Notes under the pieces: model-generated
Database searches by the model: none
Told to the model about the DNA's origin: nothing
Seen by the model: only the letters and a program-made list of their open reading frames with translations
Translations under genes and position numbers: made by a program
Origin: Candidatus Iainarchaeum sp.
Lineage (GTDB): Archaea > Iainarchaeota > Iainarchaeia > Iainarchaeales > 0-14-0-20-30-16
NCBI GenBank assembly: GCA_028710695.1
Contig: JAQTTP010000004.1
Location: forward strand, 1 to 32,000
Direction of reading: 5' to 3'
DNA: 32,000 nucleotides
Shown here: one piece after another, positions 1-7,132 of the stretch
Numbering within the stretch: position 1 is the stretch's first letter
Layout of the letters: every line of letters starts with the position of its first letter

Positions 1-379
1 CTCTTATGTAAACATTATCTGCACACATAAGATTGTTCCCAATTTCTATTCCTGCTCTTGCAAGTATAGAACTGTTTTCATTTAAGAAACAGCCTTTGCC
101 AATCTTTAATGGGCCTCTTGTGCTTATGTAACATCCAGTTCTTACTGTAAGTTCTTTTATGTCAATAGTTCCTTTTCCAACTACTTTTATTATCACTGGT
201 TCTAACGCAAAGATATTTTTTGAATTTACTTCTGTATCTAAAGTATTGATTCTAATTTGGTCTAATGGAACATCATAATCAAAATAAATAGGAATGCCTT
301 TTCCAAGTTTTTTTATTCTTCTTTTTACTGGAATACTTCTTAATTTAATTTTCAATTTTTGAAAGAAATTGTCAAACAT
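1..379 (-). CDS. Hexapeptide-repeat (left-handed beta-helix) acetyl/acyltransferase, 5' part only; gene runs off the window start
   Basis: Own translation of the minus strand from the ATG at 379-377: MFDNFFQKLKIKLRSIPVKRRIKKLGKGIPIYFDYDV...TGCYISTRGPLKIGKGCFLNENSSILARAGIEIGNNLMCADNVYIR. It stays open to position 1. The [LIV]-G-x4 periodicity is typical of LacA/WbbJ-type transferases. It is absent from the ORF track because no stop lies inside the window. Confidence 0.55.
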   Translation of the reverse strand, partial: MFDNFFQKLKIKLRSIPVKRRIKKLGKGIPIYFDYDVPLDQIRINTLDTEVNSKNIFALEPVIIKVVGKGTIDIKELTVRTGCYISTRGPLKIGKGCFLNENSSILARAGIEIGNNLMCADNVYIR

Positions 380-420
380 AAATAAAAAAAGGGAAAGAAC
401 TAATTTATTCTTTGCTATTT

Positions 421-1245
421 TTATGCGTCTAAATTTACTTCTCCAAAAGCAGAGTACATGCGTTCAAATCTGTCTATTAATTTTTCTGGGTCTGTTTCGT
501 GTAAAACATCAGAAAAAATCCTTTCACGTTCTGATACGTCTATATTATTTTCAGCTAAGCTTTGAAGATAAATTAAAACGATGTGGCTTTTGTTACCAAG
601 CCCTATAAGTTTGTTTAGCATAGCCAAGATGTTCTTTAAATTGTATTTATTTGTGCCTTTTATAAAGTCAAATAAACCCCCTATACGTAATAAAACTACA
701 TGTGCGTTACTGCCAGAGTTAGATAATATATTAAAAAGTAGATCGCTTGCTTTTTTTCTGTCTCCATCCTTGAATTCATGTAAATATCTTACAAAGTTCC
801 GCATATTTATTTGTGTAAAAATGTAATGGCCAACTGCCGGGTTTTTTCTAATAATATTCATAAATCTAGAAAAAACTTTTTGTCTTTCTTTTGGGTTATA
901 CTCCGCCAATACTGATTTTAAATTAGGCAAAAGATCAGAAGTAACTTTTGCAAATCCTTTAGATAAGCTTAAAACAGATAACAGTTCTAATAAAGCGGGA
1001 ATCCTTGCTTTTATTGGGAGGTCTCTAACTACCGCGAGGCAGGAATTTATTCTGAAGTCAGCGGTCTGCATTCTAACTGTTCTATATTCTGAATCTATTT
1101 TACAATATATTTCTAATTTTCTTTTTAAGTCTCCAGAACTTTTGTGTAAAAGATCAAGCATTTCATGTATTGTTGTTTTATCGTGGTTTTCTAAGACGTG
1201 GTAATTAAAGGGGTTTGTTTTTCTTTCTTTGCCCCACGCCTTCAT
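421..1245 (-). CDS. Hypothetical soluble alpha-helical protein (274 aa)
   Basis: Long ORF whose ATG lies 10 nt after the proS stop and is preceded by GAGGGG (SD-like), so it is probably co-transcribed with proS. No TM segments and no motif I recognise. Confidence 0.6.
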   Translation of the reverse strand: MKAWGKERKTNPFNYHVLENHDKTTIHEMLDLLHKSSGDLKRKLEIYCKIDSEYRTVRMQTADFRINSCLAVVRDLPIKARIPALLELLSVLSLSKGFAKVTSDLLPNLKSVLAEYNPKERQKVFSRFMNIIRKNPAVGHYIFTQINMRNFVRYLHEFKDGDRKKASDLLFNILSNSGSNAHVVLLRIGGLFDFIKGTNKYNLKNILAMLNKLIGLGNKSHIVLIYLQSLAENNIDVSERERIFSDVLHETDPEKLIDRFERMYSAFGEVNLDA

Positions 1246-1255
1246 TTAATCCCCT

Positions 1256-2695
1256 CTAGTATCCTCTTCCTATGTAAACATAGTGTTTTGCTGGCTTTCC
1301 AGAAGCAATACAAAGTTCTTTTGGTGCTGTTTCTTTTGTAAGAATTATCCCTTTTATTTCTGCCCCTGTTTTTTCTTTGATCATGTCAGCATATTTTTCT
1401 CCATCTTTATCTATTGAGCAAAATGGTGCTCTTACAACTTTGTTGCTTTCAAGAGCTTTTTCTAAAGCTTTCATATCTTTTACTTCAACAATGTTTTCTG
1501 TAAATGCTTTTTCTGCCTGGTTTTTTAAGTTTGAAGTAAACTCTTTTGCAATCTTGGAAATTGTTTTTGTTAGATCTTTTTCTAGAATGAATTCTTTTGA
1601 GTTTAGATCTCTTCTGAAAATTCCAACTTTTTTATTTTCAATATCTCTTGGCCCGATTTCAATTCTTATTGGAACCCCCTTCATTTCCCAGAAATAGAAT
1701 TTTTCTCCAGGTGTTTTTTGGGTATTATCATCCAATATAACTTCGTAAGTTTTTGAAAGTTTTTTGTAAATATCTTTTACTTTCTTCAGAACTTCTTTTT
1801 CCTTTCCTTTTATTAAAACAGGAACAATCACAATTTGCTTTGGTGCGATTTCAAAAGGGAATCTTAATCCTTTATTATCTCCGTGGATTGCAACTATAGT
1901 TCCAAATTCTCTGCTTATTCCTGGACCATAACATGTTAGATGTGCTAAATTGTCTTTCCCATTTTCGTCCTTATATTTCACATCAAATGCTTTTGCAAAG
2001 CTAGTTCCTAGATAGTGGGTTGTTGCTGTTTGCAGGAATTTTCCATTTTGAGTTATTGTATCTGCTGCATAAGTGTTAACTGCTCCAGCAAATTTATCCC
2101 ACTGTGGTCTTTGCAAAAACAAAACAGGAATTCCAAAAACGTTTGTTATAACTTCTTTAGTTGTTTCCATGTCTTCTTGGATCTGCTCTAATGCTGCTTT
2201 TTCGTCTCTAAAAGCACAATGAGTTTCTATCCATAAGAATTCTCTTCCTCTTAGGAATGGTCTTGTTGCTTTTGTTTCATATCTATATACTGATCCGCTT
2301 TGGTATCTTTTGTATGGTAGATCATTGTAGCTTCTAATCCATAGACTGTACATTTGATAGAATGCTGTTTCTGATGTTGGTCTTAATGCTAATTTTTCTT
2401 CTAGTTTTTCTTTATCTCCATGTTCTGTAACCCAGAATACTTCTGGCGTAAATCCTTTAACATGTTCAGCTTCTTTGTAAAAATTTTGTTCAGGTATAAC
2501 TACCGGCATAAATAGAGGCATATGGTTCTTCTTGTTTAAAACACTTTCAAAAATGTTGTACATTTTCTTTAGAGACATGGCACACCATTCTCTGTATATC
2601 ACAAAACCCTTTACATTGTATCTGTCATCAACAAGCTCAGTTTCTCTAATAAGCTCATTGAACCATTCGTTCATGTTTTCCTCTTTTTTTTGCAT
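1256..2695 (-). CDS. proS: Prolyl-tRNA synthetase, archaeal/eukaryal type (class II, no INS editing domain)
   Basis: 479 aa with class II motifs (LALRPTSETAFYQMY, SGSVYRYETKATRPFLRGREFLWIETH, CYGPGISREFG). The C-terminal zinc-binding-domain-like tail ends in ...YVYIGRGY, characteristic of this ProRS type. Confidence 0.95.
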   Translation of the reverse strand: MQKKEENMNEWFNELIRETELVDDRYNVKGFVIYREWCAMSLKKMYNIFESVLNKKNHMPLFMPVVIPEQNFYKEAEHVKGFTPEVFWVTEHGDKEKLEEKLALRPTSETAFYQMYSLWIRSYNDLPYKRYQSGSVYRYETKATRPFLRGREFLWIETHCAFRDEKAALEQIQEDMETTKEVITNVFGIPVLFLQRPQWDKFAGAVNTYAADTITQNGKFLQTATTHYLGTSFAKAFDVKYKDENGKDNLAHLTCYGPGISREFGTIVAIHGDNKGLRFPFEIAPKQIVIVPVLIKGKEKEVLKKVKDIYKKLSKTYEVILDDNTQKTPGEKFYFWEMKGVPIRIEIGPRDIENKKVGIFRRDLNSKEFILEKDLTKTISKIAKEFTSNLKNQAEKAFTENIVEVKDMKALEKALESNKVVRAPFCSIDKDGEKYADMIKEKTGAEIKGIILTKETAPKELCIASGKPAKHYVYIGRGY

Positions 2696-2752
2696 GTTAT
2701 ACCCTCCATTGCCATATAGTTATAAGAATAAGTTATGTTTGCTTTTTAATTG

Positions 2753-3502
2753 TTATCTTAGCCTTCGGATTCTTGCTGCTTCGTAAAATGTGTTTTGGTC
2801 AATAGAAAAATTTGGATTTTCTTTAGCAAAATTTTTAAGAATCGGAATTAATTCTATGTCTTCATCATGTAAATCAAATTGGATATATGCAACTCCATCT
2901 ACTGATAAAGAATGTAAAATTTTTTTTAGGGCTGTCTCTCTTTGTGTTGTGTATCTTGTTCCGCCAAAAAAAGAAACAATAACATCATATTCTTGCTTTG
3001 GGAGAAAAGTAGATATTTCTGCTTGATAGATTTTATCAACTCTGCCTTCCTGGTGTGCCTGTTTTAGTGCGTGGGTTGTTGAAAGGACAAGGGCATGTGT
3101 TTCAACTTTATCTCCAAATTCTCTTTTGAGTTCTGCTAATGCTTGTCCATATCCAGCACCCACATCTAGAACACGTACTCTCCCTTTTTTTCCTATTTCT
3201 GAACCAACAATATCTAAAAAAGTAAGTGACCTTGTTTCGCCCCTTCTTCTATAATAAAAAGCATAATAATCTTCTATTGGTCTGTGACCATACCTTTTGC
3301 CTTCGCCAGCCCCTCTCCATTGGGGGTAGCCAGTTTCACGTCTATCCACTTTTCTAAAATGGCTTATTCTTGATTTTAATATTTCTCTTTGTTCAGGATC
3401 TAAAAGGATTTCTTTTAATCTCTCGTGTGCTCTTTGAATACCATTATTTAGAAAAAGGTTATGTTTTCTGGGTATTGGTTTTCTTTGTGGCTCTTTAGGC
3501 AT
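2753..3502 (-). CDS. Class I SAM-dependent methyltransferase with ~100-aa N-terminal extension (paralogue A)
   Basis: Motif I is VRVLDVGAGYGQALAEL, with EYDVIVSFFGG as the post-I/II block. The N-terminal FLNNGIQRAHERLKEIL module is shared with ORFs 9067-9816 and 14524-15216. Confidence 0.8.
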   Translation of the reverse strand: MPKEPQRKPIPRKHNLFLNNGIQRAHERLKEILLDPEQREILKSRISHFRKVDRRETGYPQWRGAGEGKRYGHRPIEDYYAFYYRRRGETRSLTFLDIVGSEIGKKGRVRVLDVGAGYGQALAELKREFGDKVETHALVLSTTHALKQAHQEGRVDKIYQAEISTFLPKQEYDVIVSFFGGTRYTTQRETALKKILHSLSVDGVAYIQFDLHDEDIELIPILKNFAKENPNFSIDQNTFYEAARIRRLR

Positions 3503-3626
3503 GTAAAATAATTGCTTTGGAGATATATAAGAATATGCAAAATTAGGGCATATGATGGAAAGGTATATATATACATATTATACAAACAATAAATATAAAA
3601 TAATTGAACCAATGAGAGGTGTTTAA

Positions 3627-3791
3627 ATGAGCGAGCTTGAGATTTGTAAATGCTACGATGAAGACAGCGAGTCAGATGATACGGATTTTGACAGCGACGA
3701 CGATTCAGATAGTGATTGGGACGATGATGTTTCAGACGACGACTCAGATGATTCAGATTTCGATTCAGACGACTCAGATTCAGGGGATTAA
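3627..3791 (+). CDS. 54-aa extremely acidic Asp/Ser-rich micro-protein (not in ORF track)
   Basis: Own translation: MSELEICKCYDEDSESDDTDFDSDDDSDSDWDDDVSDDDSDDSDFDSDDSDSGD*. GAGAGGTG (SD) lies 7 nt upstream of the ATG and a T-rich tract (ctctctttctaatttttatttc) follows the stop. The stretch is locally GC-richer than its flanks. Coding status is unproven because the sequence is low-complexity. Confidence 0.45.
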   Translation: MSELEICKCYDEDSESDDTDFDSDDDSDSDWDDDVSDDDSDDSDFDSDDSDSGD

Positions 3792-3874
3792 ACCAATCCT
3801 CTCTTTCTAATTTTTATTTCTAATTATTAATTGTTTACTGCAAGCCTTATATAGTTTAAATAACTTATACTATA

Positions 3875-5368
3875 ATGCAAGAAAACTTAGGGCAGATCAT
3901 ATCTTTTCAGGGAACACCTTCTACTTCGAAAGCATATTTTGTGCTGAATAATGGCGAAGTAAACAGAGGTCAGTTCTTGAAAATAAAAAACAAGAAAGGA
4001 TTTTTCTTTTGCTTTGTGAATGATATTTTTAGGAGTAATCCTTATTTTGAAAATGCTATGCATGTAAACGAAGATACCTCAAATACTTTTCCAGTAGAAG
4101 ACTGGCATAGCACAATAGTTGAATTGAAAATTCTTGGCTTTTTGAAAACAGGAAAAATATGTAGGGTTTCTTTTCCACCATATCCTGGAGAAAATGTAAC
4201 TTTGCCAACAAGAGAAGAACTTGAGCTTTTCTTGGGATTAATAGAAAATGGATTAGAGCTTGGAACAATAGAAAATACGGACGCGGCTGTTAAAGTAGAT
4301 GTATCTAAATTATTGCAAAAGCACCTAGCAATACTTGCAATGTCGGGGGCAGGAAAATCTTATTTTGTTTCAGTTCTTCTTGAAGAGCTTTTGGATAAAT
4401 CTAAGTTGGGAATAGTTCTTTTTGATGTACATGGTGAGTACAAACATTTTGCAAGGCCAACAAATGAATTCAAAGATTATTCTAATAAAACAAAAGTTAT
4501 TGACTGCTCGAAATTTAAGATTGCAATAGATTCAATAGGAATAATTACAAGGCTTATACCTGATTTGAGTGAAGTTCAAAAGAGGGCTTTAGTAAAAATA
4601 ATTTCTGAACTTAGAGATGAAGTCAAAGACTCTGGGCTTTTTACTGTTGGAAATATAATTGAAAGGGTAGACAGCGAGGAACTAAAGCTTGCTGTTAATG
4701 TAAGAGATTCTTTGATTGCGAAATTGAGGCATATAGATTCCTTGGATCTGTTTGGAAAGACAAGCAACCTTGATGTGGATATGGTTTCTGCAAATACTTT
4801 AACTATTCTAGACTTGTCAAATGTTTTGGATATGCAAAGAAAGCAATTGATTGTGTCATATATAACTGAATTTTTATTTAATTCAAGGCTTAAAGGAACT
4901 GTGATTCCGCACCTGATTATTTTGGAAGAAGCACATCAATTTATACCTGAAAAAGCATCTTCTGATTATGCAATTGCGAGGCATATCTTTGAAACAATTG
5001 CAAGAGAGGGAAGAAAGTTTGGATCTGCATTGTGTTTGGTTTCACAGAGGCCAATAAATCTTTCAACAACTGTTTTGAGTCAGTGTAATACTCATGTTTT
5101 TTTGAGAATAATAAATCCAAATGATTTGAAGCATATCTCGGAATCAAGTGAGGGTTTGGATTATAAGACTACAGAGTTCATAACTGGATTGAGGGTTGGG
5201 GAAGCATTAATGGTTGGAAATGCAGTGAAATATCCTGTTTTCTTTAAAGTGCGAGAAAAGAAGAGCCAACCCCAAGAATATGATTTTACTTTGGAAGAAA
5301 TGGCAGAGAAGTTCACAAAGAAAAAGGACAAGAAAGAGAAAGATTTAGATTTATATCTGGGGATTTGA
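3875..5368 (+). CDS. herA: HerA/FtsK-superfamily hexameric ATPase (HerA-like, DUF87-type)
   Basis: Walker A is LAILAMSGAGKSYF and Walker B is PHLIILEEAHQFIPE. The conserved block IAREGRKFGSALCLVSQRPINLSTTVLSQCNTHVFLRI is present. The N-terminal ~130 aa is beta-rich (HAS-barrel-like: GQIISFQG...VNRGQFLKI). A TATA-like CTTATATAG sits ~25 nt before the ATG, suggesting a leaderless transcript. Confidence 0.85.
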   Translation: MQENLGQIISFQGTPSTSKAYFVLNNGEVNRGQFLKIKNKKGFFFCFVNDIFRSNPYFENAMHVNEDTSNTFPVEDWHSTIVELKILGFLKTGKICRVSFPPYPGENVTLPTREELELFLGLIENGLELGTIENTDAAVKVDVSKLLQKHLAILAMSGAGKSYFVSVLLEELLDKSKLGIVLFDVHGEYKHFARPTNEFKDYSNKTKVIDCSKFKIAIDSIGIITRLIPDLSEVQKRALVKIISELRDEVKDSGLFTVGNIIERVDSEELKLAVNVRDSLIAKLRHIDSLDLFGKTSNLDVDMVSANTLTILDLSNVLDMQRKQLIVSYITEFLFNSRLKGTVIPHLIILEEAHQFIPEKASSDYAIARHIFETIAREGRKFGSALCLVSQRPINLSTTVLSQCNTHVFLRIINPNDLKHISESSEGLDYKTTEFITGLRVGEALMVGNAVKYPVFFKVREKKSQPQEYDFTLEEMAEKFTKKKDKKEKDLDLYLGI

Positions 5369-5788
5369 ATGGGGCGAATAAACTCAAAAAAGAAAGGAAA
5401 TAGATTCGAGCTTGAAGTCTCCAAGACCTTAATTAAGATTACTGGTGCAGAGTGGTACAGAGTTGGAGTAAGCTCTGGCGCAAGATTTACAAAGCAGGGA
5501 ATAGAGTCATTTCAAGGGGATATCTTAACTGAAAATCCAGAATATCGCGGAATCATAATTGAATGTAAAGCAACAAAAGACAGAATAAGTATGGAAGATC
5601 TTGCAAATAAGAAATCCAGGTTTTGGGAATGGATTGAGCAAGTTGAGGGCGAATCTCCAGGAAAGGAATGGGTTCTAATCTTCAAAGCTAATAATGGCAA
5701 AGTGTTCTTTGTAAGCAAAGGAGAGAATAAGATTACTGGGAAACTAAAAGTACTGACAAAAATAGAAAATTATATTATTTTTTATTGA
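5369..5788 (+). CDS. Hjc-like PD-(D/E)XK nuclease (putative Holliday-junction resolvase family)
   Basis: KKKGNRFELEVSKTL ... FQGDIL-x14-IIECKATKD reproduces the E / D / E-x-K catalytic layout and spacing of archaeal Hjc. Size is 139 aa. The ATG directly abuts the herA-like TGA (tgaatg), indicating translational coupling. Confidence 0.6.
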   Translation: MGRINSKKKGNRFELEVSKTLIKITGAEWYRVGVSSGARFTKQGIESFQGDILTENPEYRGIIIECKATKDRISMEDLANKKSRFWEWIEQVEGESPGKEWVLIFKANNGKVFFVSKGENKITGKLKVLTKIENYIIFY

Positions 5789-6584
5789 AATTGTTATTTG
5801 CTTTATTGACTCCATTATGTAATTCAAATAATATTTTTTCTAAATTTTCTGATTTTTCTAAAACATCTCCGCAAATAACTAAATTTGATCCTGCTTTAAG
5901 AATAGAATACACCTGATCCGCTGTTTTTATTCCTCCACCAACAGTAATGATTCCATTAAATTTCTGTCTGATTATATTAATTATCTTTTCTGGAACTGGT
6001 TGGTCTGCCCCGGATCCTGCTTCTAAAGAAATAGTTTTAAATCCAAGGCCTATTGCTTCATTATAATAAGAAATTGCTTTGTCATATTCTTCTCTTCCAA
6101 TAATATCTGGATTTGTTACTTTCCCGACAGTTAATTGGTCTGCCGGCTCAATTAATAAATAAGCCATATAAATTGGAATAATGCCTTTTTTAGTTAATTC
6201 ATTAATTTGGGGCTTTACAATTTTTGTAAACTCTTCTTTGAAATAGGGGTTCTTTGAGTTTAATAGGGCACAAATAATTACAAAACCAAAATTGTCACTA
6301 AGTACCTCGTGCTTTGGGGGTAACAAACCAATTCGTTTTTTATCGTATCCTAGACTTTGTAATTTTGTTGACAACTTTGATGCATTTTCTTTAGTTACTC
6401 CTGTAGAACCGCTTATAATAATGCAATTATAACAGTCTCGCCATTTGACGATTTGTTCTAAATGTGAGGCATATTTTTTGTCAGGATCTGTCCAGATATT
6501 AGTTCTGTCAGCATCAAGGTATAATGCCAAACCCTTATTTGTCTTTAATTCAGGACAGACATCTTGAATTGATTTGCTTTGCAT
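5775..6584 (-). CDS. Geranylgeranylglyceryl phosphate synthase (GGGPS/PcrB family)
   Basis: Motifs LYLDADRTN, IIISGSTGVT, ISLEAGSGAD, ITVGGGIKT and LVICGDVLE match the GGGPS TIM-barrel signature blocks. I moved the start to the internal ATG at 6584 (MQSKSIQ...). The track's upstream 32 codons overlap the divergent gene at 6638. The 3' end overlaps the convergent nuclease gene by 14 nt. Confidence 0.8.
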   Translation of the reverse strand: MQSKSIQDVCPELKTNKGLALYLDADRTNIWTDPDKKYASHLEQIVKWRDCYNCIIISGSTGVTKENASKLSTKLQSLGYDKKRIGLLPPKHEVLSDNFGFVIICALLNSKNPYFKEEFTKIVKPQINELTKKGIIPIYMAYLLIEPADQLTVGKVTNPDIIGREEYDKAISYYNEAIGLGFKTISLEAGSGADQPVPEKIINIIRQKFNGIITVGGGIKTADQVYSILKAGSNLVICGDVLEKSENLEKILFELHNGVNKANNNFNKK

Positions 6585-6637
6585 AATAATCAAAATGAAC
6601 AAATAACTTATAAAACCAATTCCCCTTAATTTTTTAT

Positions 6638-7102
6638 ATGAACCAATATGAAGAAAAAATGAAACAATTCTTAAAAGCAAATAATATTACTGCTGAATTC
6701 TTGAGTTTTAATCAGTCTTGCCATACAGTAGAAGAAGCAGCAAACTCTTTGGGCACAAGTGTGGATAACCTTGTGAAGAATATCTGCTTGATTGGTTCTG
6801 ATGGAGAAACAATTATTGGGATTGTTAATGGCAAAGACAGAGCAAGCACCTCTCAGATAAGTAAATCTTTGGGGATTCCAAGGCCAAGGCTTGCCACTCC
6901 GGAAGAAATCTTAGAAAGAACTGGATATCCTTGTGGAGGTACTCCTTCCTTTGGATATAAAGCGAGATTTCTAATAGATCCAAAAGTTATGGAAAAAGAA
7001 TATATTTACACAAGTGGTGGTTCTGAAACCTCTTTAATGAGAATCTTAACAAAAGAGTTACAAAAGGCTAATGGCGGGGAAGTAGTTAAGATTAGGAAGT
7101 AA
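6638..7102 (+). CDS. YbaK/ProX-type aminoacyl-tRNA trans-editing deacylase
   Basis: 154 aa with CHTVEEAANSLG, LVKNICLIG, IVNGKDRAS and GYPCGGTPSFG, the typical YbaK/EbsC-domain blocks. Confidence 0.75.
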   Translation: MNQYEEKMKQFLKANNITAEFLSFNQSCHTVEEAANSLGTSVDNLVKNICLIGSDGETIIGIVNGKDRASTSQISKSLGIPRPRLATPEEILERTGYPCGGTPSFGYKARFLIDPKVMEKEYIYTSGGSETSLMRILTKELQKANGGEVVKIRK

Positions 7103-7132
7103 TTATTTATAGATCTGTATATTATTAATATT

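Noticed and set aside
369-826. Plus-strand ORFs 369-608 and 581-826
   Set aside because: They are antisense to the longer 421-1245 ORF, have no SD or TATA context, and their products look like hydrophobic shadow translations. The same reasoning applies to the other short antisense ORFs in the track. These are 1377-1697, 2532-2786, 2790-3026, 4056-4268, 4576-4767, 4941-5147, 5161-5424, 5512-5718, 7006-7203 and 7289-7519. The list continues with 9383-9574, 9859-10074, 10309-10566, 11649-11852, 13814-14017, 14298-14543, 14790-15077, 16564-16758 and 17246-17485. It ends with 17941-18216, 20564-20764, 22338-22538, 23117-23335, 24101-24289, 24580-24810, 25085-25267, 25803-25997, 26407-26643 and 29410-29601.
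3627-3791. Alternative reading of the Asp/Ser stretch as a non-coding GAT/GAC/TCA simple-sequence repeat
   Set aside because: This is not fully rejected. It is kept as a low-confidence CDS because the ATG has a well-placed strong SD, the frame stays open through imperfect (non-tandem) repeats, non-repeat residues (ELEICKCY, W, F, V) are interspersed, and a T-rich terminator follows.
6585-6680. N-terminal 32-codon extension of the GGGPS ORF; likewise 18606-18683 for mdh and 27961-28017 for the wHTH gene
   Set aside because: The extensions overlap divergent genes or promoter and terminator sequence and add hydrophobic junk ahead of well-conserved N-termini (MQSKSIQ..., MNILLIGCG..., MIEDLSF...). 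Internal ATGs were preferred.
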